From NCBI GenBank assembly GCA_963734535.1, contig CAVTHS010000008.1:64001-128000 (forward strand): a stretch of 64,000 nucleotides of DNA, given 5' to 3'. Source of the DNA: an uncultured Chloroflexia bacterium. GTDB taxonomy: Bacteria; Chloroflexota; Limnocylindria; Limnocylindrales; CSP1-4. Of this stretch, positions 50,649 through 60,533 are shown one piece after another. A program made the translations under genes and the position numbers. The notes beneath the pieces are model-generated. The model was not told the DNA's origin. It made no database searches and worked only from the letters and a program-made list of their open reading frames with translations. The first letter of the stretch is position 1. The number at the start of each line of letters is the position of its first letter.

Positions 50649-51475
50649 GGCCGCCGCGGGTACTTCGAGTAGTCGGGATCGCGCTTGTCCAGGAATGCGC
50701 GCGAGCCCTCGTGGGCCTCTTCGGTCGTGTAGTAGAGGCCCGTGGCGTTGCCGGCAAACTCCTGGAGCCCGGCCAGCCCATCGGTCGCCACGAGAAACGC
50801 CGACTTGAGGAAGCGGATCGCGGTGGGGCTCATGGCCAGGATCTCGTCCGCCCAGCGGATTCCCTCGGCCTCGAGGTCGGCGAGCGGGACCACGGCGTTG
50901 ACGAGGCCCATCGCCAGCGCATCGGCCGCCGAGTACCGGCGGCAGAGGAACCAGATCTCCTTCGCCTTCTTGTCGCCGACGAGACGCGCCAGCAGGCCGA
51001 TCCCGAACCCGGCGTCGAAGCTGCCGACCCGCGGGCCCACCTGGCCGAAGATCGCGTTGTCGCTCGCGAGCGTCAGGTCGCACACCACGTGGAGCACCTG
51101 GCCGCCGCCGATCGCGAATCCGTTGACGAGCGCGATCACAGGGATCGGCAGCGAGCGGATCTGCCGCTGGAGGTCGAGCACGTTGAGGCGGGCCAGCCCG
51201 TCGCCGCCGACATAGCCGCCGGCCGGGCTCTTGTAGTTCTGGTCGCCGCCGGCACAGAACGAGACGTCGCCGGCCCCCGTCAGCAGGGCGCAGCCGATGC
51301 GCCCGTCGTCCCGGATCCTCGCGAACGCGTCGATCATCTCGGCGACCGTCTCCGGGCGGAAGGCGTTGCGAACCTCGGGCCGGTCGATCGTGACCTTCGC
51401 GATCCCGGTGCCGGAATGCTCATAGCGGATGTCGTGATACTCCGCGGCGCGGGTCCACGTGACGGATCCGGTCAT
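50645..51475 (-). CDS. menB: 1,4-dihydroxy-2-naphthoyl-CoA synthase
   Basis: [28 protein letters not shown] and [10 protein letters not shown]. Confidence 0.96.
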   Translation of the reverse strand: MTGSVTWTRAAEYHDIRYEHSGTGIAKVTIDRPEVRNAFRPETVAEMIDAFARIRDDGRIGCALLTGAGDVSFCAGGDQNYKSPAGGYVGGDGLARLNVLDLQRQIRSLPIPVIALVNGFAIGGGQVLHVVCDLTLASDNAIFGQVGPRVGSFDAGFGIGLLARLVGDKKAKEIWFLCRRYSAADALAMGLVNAVVPLADLEAEGIRWADEILAMSPTAIRFLKSAFLVATDGLAGLQEFAGNATGLYYTTEEAHEGSRAFLDKRDPDYSKYPRRP

Positions 51476-52333
51476 GCGACGTGCTCCTCCGAGACGAAGT
51501 CGAGAACGAGGCGGTTGAACGCTGCGGGCGCCTCGAGGTGCGGGGCGTGGCCGGTCGCCGTCGATCACCGCCAGGCGGGCGCCGGGAATCCCGGCGGCCA
51601 CGGCCTCGGCGCGCTCGCGCGCCGGATCGTCCGCTCCAACGATGACGAGCGCCGGCGAGGAGACCACGCCGAGCCGGTCGTGCAGCGGCACCATCGCACC
51701 CTGCCCCGCGTTGCGGAGGCTGGCTGCCAGGCCGGCCGGATCGTGAGCCAGGCGGATCTCGCGGACGGCGGCCCGGGCGACGGCCCCCAGGCGGGTCGCT
51801 CCCGCGAGGACCGGCGTGCGTTCCCAGGCGGCGACGAACGCCACGATCCCGTCGCGCTCGAGGGTTCCGGCCAGCGCCTCGTCGGCGGCGCGACGGGCCG
51901 ACCGCTCGCGCGGGTCGGCGATGCCGGCCGATGGCGCCTCCAGGATGAGGCGCCCGACACAGGCGGCGTGCGCGATCGCGAGCCGAAGCGCGACTCGCGC
52001 GCCCATCGAGTAGCCGACAACGTCGGCCCGCTCCTGACCGAGGGCCCCAAGGAGCGCCGGCAGGTCGTCGGCCGTCCGTTCGATCGTCGCGCGAGCCGGG
52101 CCCGCCGGATCGGCACGGTAACCGGGAGCCCAGGCGGTGCCGCCGTGACCGGGCAGGTCGGGCGCGATCGCGGTGCGTCCGGCGGCGGTCGCCGCGGCCA
52201 TCAGGCCGGCCCAGCTCCGGCCACTCCCGGTGAACCCGTGGAGGAGCAGCAGGGCCGGTCCCGAGCCGGCGATCCGGACGACCCAGTGGAGCCCGGCGAT
52301 CTCAAGGTTCACGAGCCGCGGGTCGGCGCTCAC
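51472..52333 (-). CDS. menH: SHCHC synthase, +1 frameshift near 51555
   Basis: [22 protein letters not shown] and RRAADEALA; C-terminal GHAPHLE in the next frame. Confidence 0.9.
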
Positions 52334-54189
52334 GCGTCGAGCTCCGCGAGCGCCGCGGCAACGGCCGACGCCGCCTCCGCGTGCAGCTCGACGTTGCGTG
52401 CACGGTCCGTGCGGAGCTGGAGCACGCTGACCCCGGTCGCGACCAGGCTCTCGGCGAGCGCGGTCCGAAGCCCGCGGGCCCCGACCGGGCGGTACGTCGC
52501 CCCGAGCGCCTCGACGATCGGCCCGAAATCGATGCCGTGCGGCGTTCCGAAGAGCTCCTCGTAGTGCTCCGGCAGGCCTGCGCCCGGGTCGTCCGTCCGC
52601 GCCTGCGGCAGGAACGAGAAGATCCCGCCCCCGTCGTTGTCGACGAGAACGATCGTCGCCGAGAGCGCGTGACGCTTCGCCGCGGCGAGGGCGTTCAGGT
52701 CGTGGAGGAACGAGAGGTCGCCGACCACGAGCGCAACGTGACCCACGCCTGCGGCCGCCGCGCCGAGCGCGGACGAGACCACGCCGTCGATCCCGTTCGC
52801 GCCGCGGTTTGCGAGCGGCCGGATCGCCCGATCGCTCCCCGCCAGCCACGCGTCGAGATCGCGGACGGGCATCGAGCTGCCGGCCCACAGGATGGCGCCG
52901 TCGGGAAGCAGCTCGCCGAGATGGCCGAACGGCGCCCCCTCGAACGCCTCGCCGCGCGATTCGACGCCCGCCAGCCAGGCACGAAGCGCAGCGTCGGCCG
53001 CGCGGTCGGCGGCGAGCCAGCCGTCTCGCCAGGTGTTCCGGCCGGCCGGCGCCAGGGGCTCCCCGGGCTCGTCCGGGTCGCGCGTCCCGACCGAGCTCGC
53101 GAGCGCGTCGGCGAGCGCCCTCGCCGTGTCGGTCGCGTCCGCATGGACGAACGTCGTCGGGAGGAGCGCCGGCTCGCGGTAGCCCCCGTCGCCGTCGACC
53201 ACGACCTGGTCCGGCGCCGCATCCATCACGAGCGTGCCGAGCGGCTTCGAAGTCGGGGCCGCGCCGAAACGGATCACGAGGTCCGGCAGGTGCGTGTCGC
53301 GCCAGGGCCCCGGCCGGCAGAGGAGGTCGCCGCGGGCGATCACGTGCGAGCGGTCGTGGGGACCGCAGCGGGCGCCGGACAGCGGGTCGGCAAGGATCGG
53401 GAAGCCGGTCGCCTCCGCCAGGCGGGCCAGCGCGGCCGGCAGCGCGCGATCGTCCTGCGGCCCGGCAACGATGAGCCCGCGTCGCGCCGCGGCGAGGCGC
53501 TGCGCAAGGGCGGCCACGGCCGGGGCGGCCAGCGTGCGCGGTCCGGTCACGACGTCCGTGAACGGCCGGGCCGGCTCGTCGACCGCCGCTTCGTGCGGCC
53601 GCAGGTCGCCGCCGGGGACCAGCGGCTCGCGGAACGGGATGTTCAGGTGGACGGCGCCCGCCGGGCCCGCGCACGCGGTCGCGACCGCTCGGCCCGCGAG
53701 CGATCGGACGTGGCGGCGCGTCTCGGGCGCCGCGTCGAGGAGCGGCAGCTCCGCGGCCCACTTCGCGTGGACGCCGAAGATGCGAGCCTGGTCGATCGCC
53801 TGCGGCGCACCCCGGTCGCGCAGCTCCGGTGGGCGATCCGCCGTGAGCAGGACCAGGGGCACGCGCCCGAGCGTGGCCTCGACGGCAGCCGGCAGGAGGT
53901 TCGCGGCGGCTGTCCCCGACGTGACGAGGACCCCCGTCGCGCTCCGCGACGCGCGGGCCAGGCCAAGCGCGAAGAAGCCGGCCGCTCGCTCGTCGGACAG
54001 GACGCGAACCCGGATCCCGGGGTGCATCCGCAGCGCGAGCGCGAGCGGCGTCGAGCGCGATCCGGGGCAGACCACGACGTCGCGCATGCCGGCCCGGACC
54101 AGCTCGTCGACGAACGCCCGGAGCGCGACGATATCCGTTGCGGCCGAGGCCGCGGCGTCCGTCGCGGCCGTGGCCGCGACGTCCGTCAT
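52330..54189 (-). CDS. menD: SEPHCHC synthase
   Basis: [37 protein letters not shown] and GDLSFLHD. Confidence 0.96.
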   Translation of the reverse strand: MTDVAATAATDAAASAATDIVALRAFVDELVRAGMRDVVVCPGSRSTPLALALRMHPGIRVRVLSDERAAGFFALGLARASRSATGVLVTSGTAAANLLPAAVEATLGRVPLVLLTADRPPELRDRGAPQAIDQARIFGVHAKWAAELPLLDAAPETRRHVRSLAGRAVATACAGPAGAVHLNIPFREPLVPGGDLRPHEAAVDEPARPFTDVVTGPRTLAAPAVAALAQRLAAARRGLIVAGPQDDRALPAALARLAEATGFPILADPLSGARCGPHDRSHVIARGDLLCRPGPWRDTHLPDLVIRFGAAPTSKPLGTLVMDAAPDQVVVDGDGGYREPALLPTTFVHADATDTARALADALASSVGTRDPDEPGEPLAPAGRNTWRDGWLAADRAADAALRAWLAGVESRGEAFEGAPFGHLGELLPDGAILWAGSSMPVRDLDAWLAGSDRAIRPLANRGANGIDGVVSSALGAAAAGVGHVALVVGDLSFLHDLNALAAAKRHALSATIVLVDNDGGGIFSFLPQARTDDPGAGLPEHYEELFGTPHGIDFGPIVEALGATYRPVGARGLRTALAESLVATGVSVLQLRTDRARNVELHAEAASAVAAALAELDA

Positions 54190-54238
54190 CTGCGCCACCC
54201 CGGCGCGCGGCGCGTCGGCCGCGCGCCCGGCTCGCCCG

Positions 54239-55684
54239 TCACTCGCGCGTCTCGGGCTCACGGCCCAGCGCGGAGACGACCGGCCGAAGCTTCATTCGCG
54301 ACTCCTCCCACTCGCGTGCCGGGTCGGAGTCGGCCACGATCCCGCAGCCGGCGTAGAGCGCCGCGTCGCGACCCGACACCAGGCCGCAGCGGAGCGCGAC
54401 CATCAGCTCACCGTCCCCGTCGGCCCCGAGCCAGCCGATCGGGCCCGCGTACCAGCCGCGCTCGATCCCCTCGTGCTCGGCGATCATCTCGAGGGCCAGG
54501 TCGCGCGGCTCACCTCCGACGGCCGGCGTCGGATGGAGACGTTCGGCGAGGCCGAGGAGCCCGGCCTGGTCGCGCAGCCGGCCGCGCACCGGCGTCACCA
54601 GGTGCTGGACGTCGCGCAGCGGGAGGATTCCGGGCTCAGCGCCGACCTCGAGCCTCTCGGCGAGGGGCGCCAGGCTGGTGCGCAGCATCTCGACCACGAC
54701 GGCGTGCTCCTCGCGCTCCTTCCCGCTCGCCATGAGCGCCGCGGCGAGGGCCGCGTCCTCCGCGGTCGTGGACCCGCGAGCCGCCGAGCCAGCGATCGCG
54801 ACCGTCTCGAAGTCGCGCCCGTCCGTTCGGACCAGCCGCTCGGGCGTGGCGCCCAGGAACGTCCGGCCGCCCCGGACGAAGGCGTAGATCGTGCCCTCCG
54901 GGGCGCCCGCGGCCAGGCGGCGCAGCGCGTTCTCGACATCGATCTCGATCGAGGACCGGAGGTCGACGCGGCGCGCGAGCACGACCTTGTCCAGCCGGCC
55001 CCGGCCGACGGCGCCGGCGAACAGGCCGACGAGCCGATCCCAGCCGGCCCGGTCCGGATGCTCCCCGAGCCGCGTCAACGGCAGGTCGGCCGGCCGGGCG
55101 ACCACGGCCCCCCTGGCGGGGCTCCGTGCTTCGGCGCGCGCGACGAGGGAATCCCAGTGGCGTTCGGCGGCCCGGGGATCGCGACGGTCCGGCTCCTCGG
55201 TCTCGGCGATCGTCACGTGCGTCGCCCCGTCCGCGCGGGTGACGGTCAGCGCCGGCAGGACGAGCGACGCTGCCCCGAACGGGGCCCACGGGTCGCCGGT
55301 GGCCGGTGGGGCGCCCGTGAAGCCGAGGCCGCCGAGGAGGACCGGCCCAACGCCGCGCGGCGATCCCGCCGGGACGTCGATCGCCGCTCCCACCAGGCGC
55401 TCGTGCCACGCCGACGCAGCGCGTGCGAAGCGATCGGCGCCCTCCGGCTCCACCGACCAGGCGCGCCCGATCCCGACGATCGCGAACCCGGCGGACGGCT
55501 GCAGCCAGAGGACGGCCTCGAGGTCATCCTCGCGGGCGGCGGCGAAGAGGCTGATCGGGTCGACGGCCCGGGCGGCCCGTGTCCACGCGCGGAGCGAGCC
55601 CGGCGAGCCCGGGTCCGCGAAGCCGCCGGGATCCCCCACCCTGTCCGGCGAGCGCGCGGCTCCGGGTCGCTCGACGACGGTCAC
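54239..55684 (-). CDS. menF: Isochorismate synthase
   Basis: KVVLAR, GATPERL, KEREEH, LHPTPAVGG and YAGCGIV. Confidence 0.94.
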   Translation of the reverse strand: MTVVERPGAARSPDRVGDPGGFADPGSPGSLRAWTRAARAVDPISLFAAAREDDLEAVLWLQPSAGFAIVGIGRAWSVEPEGADRFARAASAWHERLVGAAIDVPAGSPRGVGPVLLGGLGFTGAPPATGDPWAPFGAASLVLPALTVTRADGATHVTIAETEEPDRRDPRAAERHWDSLVARAEARSPARGAVVARPADLPLTRLGEHPDRAGWDRLVGLFAGAVGRGRLDKVVLARRVDLRSSIEIDVENALRRLAAGAPEGTIYAFVRGGRTFLGATPERLVRTDGRDFETVAIAGSAARGSTTAEDAALAAALMASGKEREEHAVVVEMLRTSLAPLAERLEVGAEPGILPLRDVQHLVTPVRGRLRDQAGLLGLAERLHPTPAVGGEPRDLALEMIAEHEGIERGWYAGPIGWLGADGDGELMVALRCGLVSGRDAALYAGCGIVADSDPAREWEESRMKLRPVVSALGREPETRE

Positions 55685-56325
55685 CGTGTCCCCCCCGTGA
55701 CAGCGATCCTCGCCTCGGGGACGCCGGCGCTGCGCAGGAGGAGCGCGCGGAGCGGCGGGTACGTCTCCTCCAGCCGCCCGGGATCGTCTGCCATCAGCCA
55801 GCGTGCGACGACCTCGTTGAGCGCGCCGAACCACGCGACGCCGGTCAGCCGAGTGTCGAGCGGCGGGATCGCGCCCTCCGCGACCGCCTGGTCGAGGTAG
55901 CCCGCGATCATCCGGGCGAAGCGCTCGTGGAGCGCGTTCGTCTCGTCGTTGAAGGCGCGGCCGGCGCCCAGCGCGTCCAGGAAGAGCAGCCGGGCCATCG
56001 TGCGGTGACCCGCGAACGTCGCGAACACCGTCCGCAGGGCAGCGTCCGCCTTGGCGATGGGGTCGGTCTCGGCCGCGACCGCCCGGTCGACCTTCGCCGC
56101 GAGCCGATCTGCCGTCGAGCGCATCAGCTCGCGGAAGATCGCCTCCTTCGTGGCGAAGTGGAAGTAGACGCCGCCCTTGCTCGTCTCGGCCGCGGCCGCG
56201 ATCTCGTCCATCGCGGTGTCCCGGTAGCCGCGCCGCGCGAACGTGTTGAACGCCGCGTCCAGGATCTGCTCGCGCCGGGTGCGGCTCTTCTCTGCTTGCG
56301 CGCTGCCGCGTCTCTCGTCGCCCAT
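55681..56325 (-). CDS. TetR/AcrR-family regulator heading the men operon
   Basis: ILDAAFNTFARRGY...KGGVYFHFATKEAIF; GTGA overlap with menF. Confidence 0.93.
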   Translation of the reverse strand: MGDERRGSAQAEKSRTRREQILDAAFNTFARRGYRDTAMDEIAAAAETSKGGVYFHFATKEAIFRELMRSTADRLAAKVDRAVAAETDPIAKADAALRTVFATFAGHRTMARLLFLDALGAGRAFNDETNALHERFARMIAGYLDQAVAEGAIPPLDTRLTGVAWFGALNEVVARWLMADDPGRLEETYPPLRALLLRSAGVPEARIAVTGGTR

Positions 56326-56350
56326 CGGTGGCGTTCGCCTGCCCTCCGCA

Positions 56351-56386
56351 AAACCGACCGACCAGTCGGTTTGTTTGCTGATGGTA
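56351..56386 (-). promoter_or_regulatory. TetR-type operator and -10 box of the tetR-men operon
   Basis: Perfect palindrome AAACCGAC-N6-GTCGGTTT (56351-72); TACCAT on the minus strand at 56386-81. Confidence 0.7.
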
Positions 56387-56457
56387 TCCGGTACCTGCCG
56401 AATTCACCGCAGCGCATCTCGGGGCTTCGCGAGCTGTGCCCCGGCAGGCCGGCGGGG

Positions 56458-57756
56458 TCAGGCGGAGCGGACGGCCGGCAGCGAGAGCACGAAGCGGGCG
56501 CCCCCGCCGGGCGCGTCCGTCGCCACGAGCGTCCCGCCGTGAAGCTCGGCCAGGCGGCGCGCGATGGCGAGGCCCAGGCCACTCCCTGCGTCGGCCCGGG
56601 TGCGGGAGCCGGGCAGCCGCGCGAAAGGCTCGAAGATCGCCTCGCGGGCCTCGACGGGAACGCCCGGGCCCTCGTCATCGACGCTCACCGACGCAGTCCT
56701 CCCGGTGATCGGCGCCGCGGCCACCGTCACCCGGCCCCCCGGCGGCGAGTGCCCGAACGCGTTGTCGACGAGGACGAGCAGCAGCTGGACGAGCCGGTTC
56801 GCGTCGCCAAGGACGGGGAGCGCCGTCCCGTCGTCCGGTGGCCCAACCAGCTCGATCCCGCGCTCGACGGCGAGAGGACCCGCCCGGCGGACCGTGTCGC
56901 GGGCGACCTCGGCCAGGTCGACGGGACGCCGCTCGATCGCGAGCGCGCCGCGCTCCGAGGCCGCGAGGGCCAGCAGGTCGTCGACCAGGCCGCCGAGCCG
57001 GTCGGACTCCGCCACGATGTCCGCCACGAGCGAGCGACCTTCGTCGGCGACCAGCCCCTCCCGCTCCAGGACCTCTGCGGAGGCCCGGATGATGGCGGCG
57101 GGCGTCCGGATCTCGTGCGAGGCGTCCGCCACGAAGCGCCGCTCGGTGGCGAACGCGGCGCGGATCGGGACCAGGGCCCGGCCGGTCACGAAGAGCGTCA
57201 CGAGCGCTGCGCCGGCGAGCCCGACCAGCCCGGCCAGCGTGACCGCCAGGACGAGGCTGCTCGACTGGCGTTCGTGGAGCGTCAGCACGAACCCGGCCTC
57301 GAGCCAGCCCGCCGGGTGCGCGGCGGCGCCGATCGGGAGGGTCAGGAGGCGGATCGGGACGGTCCCGTCCGCGACGGTCCGAAGGTCCCGCCCGGTCGCC
57401 CGGGCTGCTGCGACCGCCGCCACATCCGGCAGGCCCTGGCGCGACACGCTCGACGGGTTGGAGACGAGGGCGCCGGCCGGGTCGAGGATCAGGAAGAAGG
57501 TGTCCGACGCCTCCGGCGGATGCTCGTCGGTCTCGCTGTCGGTGGCCGACGGAAGCTCGCCATCCAGCCGCTGCAACTCGGCGGTGGCCGATTGCTCCAG
57601 CACGCGGTCCACGTCCTGGTCCAGCGCGGTGGTCGCGATGAGCGCGGTGGCCGCCCCGATGGCGAGGACGAGCGCGCCGATCAGCAGGAGCGTCATGACG
57701 GCCAGTCGCCGGCGTGTCGCGGCAAGGAGCCGGCCGGCGGGAGCGCGGTCGGTCAC
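56458..57756 (-). CDS. Sensor histidine kinase
   Basis: 2 TM; DASHEIRTP (H box), LVDNA, DEGPG and GSGLGLAI. Confidence 0.94.
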   Translation of the reverse strand: MTDRAPAGRLLAATRRRLAVMTLLLIGALVLAIGAATALIATTALDQDVDRVLEQSATAELQRLDGELPSATDSETDEHPPEASDTFFLILDPAGALVSNPSSVSRQGLPDVAAVAAARATGRDLRTVADGTVPIRLLTLPIGAAAHPAGWLEAGFVLTLHERQSSSLVLAVTLAGLVGLAGAALVTLFVTGRALVPIRAAFATERRFVADASHEIRTPAAIIRASAEVLEREGLVADEGRSLVADIVAESDRLGGLVDDLLALAASERGALAIERRPVDLAEVARDTVRRAGPLAVERGIELVGPPDDGTALPVLGDANRLVQLLLVLVDNAFGHSPPGGRVTVAAAPITGRTASVSVDDEGPGVPVEAREAIFEPFARLPGSRTRADAGSGLGLAIARRLAELHGGTLVATDAPGGGARFVLSLPAVRSA

Positions 57757-57772
57757 GCGACGACCTGCGCCC

Positions 57773-58456
57773 TCACGCGTCCGCCCGGAGCGCATACCCG
57801 ACGCCGCGCACGGTTCGGATGCCGGTCGCGCTGCCCAGCTCCGCCAGCTTCCGGCGCACATACGAGACGTAGAGGTCGACGACGTTCGAGTAGACGTCGG
57901 GCTCCGCGCCCCAGACCGCATCCAGGACCTGCTGGCGCGTAACGACGCGGCTCTCGTTGCGGATCAGGTAGGCGAGCAGGGCGAACTCGCGGGCCGAGAG
58001 GTCGGCGCTCCGCTCACCCACCCTGGCCACGTGGCGCTCCTCGTCGAGCTCGAGGTCGCCCGCCACGAGACGTGTCGCGGGCGCCGTGGTCGCGCGCCGG
58101 CCGAGCGCCCGGACCCGCGCCAGCAGCTCGGCGAACGCGAACGGCTTGGCGAGGTAGTCGTCCGCCCCCGCGTCGAGGCCGGCGACGCGGTCGTCCACGC
58201 CGCCGAGCGCGGTAAGCATCAGGGCCGGGGTCCGGATCCCGCGGGTCCGCAGCATCCGGAGCAGGTCCAGCCCGTCGAGGTCGGGGAGCATCCGGTCCAG
58301 GACGAGCACGTCGTACGGGACCGCCTCCGACGCGGTGGCGAGGCTGAGCGCACCGACGGCATCTCCGGCCCGGTCCACGACGTGCCGCTCTGCGACGAGG
58401 ACGCGCCGGATCAGCTCTGCCATCTTCGGTTCGTCCTCGACCAGCAGGATTCGCAT
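57773..58456 (-). CDS. OmpR/PhoB-family response regulator
   Basis: MRILLVEDE, LDRMLP, GADDYLAKPF and IRTVRGVGY. Confidence 0.95.
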   Translation of the reverse strand: MRILLVEDEPKMAELIRRVLVAERHVVDRAGDAVGALSLATASEAVPYDVLVLDRMLPDLDGLDLLRMLRTRGIRTPALMLTALGGVDDRVAGLDAGADDYLAKPFAFAELLARVRALGRRATTAPATRLVAGDLELDEERHVARVGERSADLSAREFALLAYLIRNESRVVTRQQVLDAVWGAEPDVYSNVVDLYVSYVRRKLAELGSATGIRTVRGVGYALRADA

Positions 58457-58508
58457 CGAAGGCATCGTCCGGGTCCGCGGCGACGGCGTCAACGGCCGAA
58501 CGGCATTC

Positions 58509-58540
58509 CTGTGAGAACACACATCCGCCACACACGCCGC
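58509..58540. promoter_or_regulatory. Candidate OmpR-type direct-repeat box
   Basis: CACACATCCGC CACACACGCCG (11-bp period) plus an inverted CTGTGAG between the divergent operons. Confidence 0.45.
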
Positions 58541-58625
58541 GGCCATCGCGCGAGGCGAGGCTATGCGTGTCACTCGAACCAACCGCCCGGCCGGACGGCG
58601 CTCCGCTGCCAGCCTCGCCGGGCCG

Positions 58626-59030
58626 ATGAACACGGAGCCATCCAGGATGCCCACCCCACCGACCGAGACCCCAGCTCCCCGGCGCCCGGACGTCCGCCGT
58701 CCCGCCGGCGTGAGCCGCTTCGGCGTCCTTGCGGGGATCGTCGCCACCGCCGGAACGCTCGCGGTCGCGTTCCTCGGGCTGGGCGGCCCGCCTGTCCCGG
58801 TGGCGCCGCTTGCCCTCGCCGATGCCACGGCGACGGAGCCGGCCGTGCAGCAGGTCGTCGTCAAGACCATCTACGTCCAGCTGCCCTCCCCCTCGGCCGC
58901 GCCCGTCGCCAGGCCTGCTGCCGCTCCCGTGGCGGCCGCCCCGAAGCCCGTGATCAGGGTGGTGACCAGGCAGTCCGGTGCCGGCGGCGGCGAAGGCGGC
59001 GAAGGCGGCGAGCAGGAAGGAGACGACTGA
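58626..59030 (+). CDS. Membrane-anchored Pro/Ala-rich protein, putative flavinylation substrate 1
   Basis: RR plus hydrophobic segment, VVKTIYVQ, VVTRQSGA; first gene of the apbE operon (alternative ATG at 58647). Confidence 0.75.
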   Translation: MNTEPSRMPTPPTETPAPRRPDVRRPAGVSRFGVLAGIVATAGTLAVAFLGLGGPPVPVAPLALADATATEPAVQQVVVKTIYVQLPSPSAAPVARPAAAPVAAAPKPVIRVVTRQSGAGGGEGGEGGEQEGDD

Positions 59031-59031
59031 G

Positions 59032-59499
59032 ATGCCGATCCGAACTGACCCGGCCCCCCGGGCGATCCCCGTCGCCCCCGGTCCCGTGCCGGTGCCATCG
59101 GCGGAGCTCGCGCCCGCCCGTCCGACGACGATGCCGTCGCCGGTGCCCGCCGCCGCTCGTCCGATGCCGGCCCGGCCGGACTCCGCGGCGCGCCCGGCGC
59201 CACGGCGCCCGGACCCGACCTCGGCGCGGCTCGCGGTCGCTGCAGGCGGGATCGCGACGATCTCCGCGCTTCTCGCCGCGATCGGGAGCGCAGCCGTTCC
59301 CGGCGCGCTTGCCGTGGCACCGACGACGGCCCCGGCCGCGGCCCTGCCGGTCCAGACCATCGTGAAGTATGTCTACGTGCAGCCGGGCGCCGCCGCACCG
59401 GTGGCGCCGCCGGCGGCCGTCGCGACCGTCGTGGCCACGCCGGCTCCGCGCCCGGCTCCCGTCGTCGTGGTGACTCGCCAGTCCGGCGCGAAGCCGTGA
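59032..59499 (+). CDS. Membrane-anchored Pro/Ala-rich protein, putative flavinylation substrate 2
   Basis: AGGAG RBS; RRPD plus hydrophobic segment, IVKYVYVQ, C-terminal VVTRQSGAKP. Confidence 0.75.
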   Translation: MPIRTDPAPRAIPVAPGPVPVPSAELAPARPTTMPSPVPAAARPMPARPDSAARPAPRRPDPTSARLAVAAGGIATISALLAAIGSAAVPGALAVAPTTAPAAALPVQTIVKYVYVQPGAAAPVAPPAAVATVVATPAPRPAPVVVVTRQSGAKP

Positions 59500-60533
59500 T
59501 GGCCGCGCCCGATCTCAAGGCGGAGACGGGCATGACCGCGGCAGCGGGTCAGCCGACCCCGCTGCCCCGGGCGGTGGATCGCTCGGGGGCAATGGGCGGC
59601 GGGCTCGGCATCCACGTTGCGGTCGCGCGGGATGCGGACATTCCCGCGGCCGAGATCGACGCAGGACGGGTCGCCGCCCGCGTTCGCGCCTGGGCCGGAC
59701 GCCTGACCCGGCACGACCCGAGCTCCGACCTGATGCGAGCCAACGCCGACCCGCGTGGCGCGGTGCCCGTCCGCCCGACGCTCGCCGCGGCGTTGCGTTG
59801 GGCCGCAGACGCGTCCGAGATGAGCGGCGGGATCGTCGATGCGACGATGCTCCGCGAGCGTCTCGCCGCGGAGACGCCGGCGCCGCTCGTGCCCCCGACC
59901 TTCGCGCCGCCGCCCGCCGATCCGCGCGGCTGGTCGAGCGCACTGTCCAGCCGGCCGAGATCGCGGCCCACGTGGCGTCTCGAGGCGTCCCGGCACCGCA
60001 GCGCGATCCTCCAACGCGAGCCCGGCACGGCGTTCGATCTCGACGGGGTCGCGAAGGGCTGGATCGCCGACCGCGCGCTCGCGCTGCTCGACCGTCATCC
60101 TGGCGCCCTCGTCGACGCCGACGGCGACATCGCCATCCGGGCCGCGCAGGGCGACTCCTGGGAGGTCAGCGTGGCCGACCCGCGCGCGCCGGGGGCAGAG
60201 CTCGCCGTCTTCGTCCTTCCCGGAGCCCGGCTGGGCGCGAGCTACGGCGTCGCGACATCCGGCATCAGCGTCCACCGCTGGACAGCGCAGGACGGCGAGC
60301 GGCATCACCTGATCGACCCGCGGACGGGACTTCCGGCGGCAACGGACATCGTGCAGGCGACCGTCCTCGCGGGAAGCGCCAGCGTGGCCGAGGCCTGGGC
60401 GAAGACCGCGGTCGTGCTCGGCCTGGTCGCCGCGCTCGACGTGCTCGATCGCGCGCCGGTGCTGGGGGCTATTCTGCTTGCATCCGACGGCCGCGTTCTC
60501 GCCGTCCCCCGAACCACCCGGTGGCTGGCATGA
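59496..60533 (+). CDS. apbE: FAD:protein FMN transferase
   Basis: DLDGVAKGW, DADGDI, VATSG and HHLIDPRTG. Confidence 0.92.
   Translation: MMAAPDLKAETGMTAAAGQPTPLPRAVDRSGAMGGGLGIHVAVARDADIPAAEIDAGRVAARVRAWAGRLTRHDPSSDLMRANADPRGAVPVRPTLAAALRWAADASEMSGGIVDATMLRERLAAETPAPLVPPTFAPPPADPRGWSSALSSRPRSRPTWRLEASRHRSAILQREPGTAFDLDGVAKGWIADRALALLDRHPGALVDADGDIAIRAAQGDSWEVSVADPRAPGAELAVFVLPGARLGASYGVATSGISVHRWTAQDGERHHLIDPRTGLPAATDIVQATVLAGSASVAEAWAKTAVVLGLVAALDVLDRAPVLGAILLASDGRVLAVPRTTRWLA

Noticed and set aside
43535-51555. Programmed ribosomal frameshifting in the men and SCO1664 genes
   Set aside because: No consistent slippery heptamers, and these families are normally continuous. Sequencing error is simpler.
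50645-53761. MenH-MenB fusion, and similarly the hydrolase-MenG and DUF3090-SCO1664 fusions suggested by the ORF track
   Set aside because: Artefacts of single +1 frameshifts; each downstream gene has its own start.
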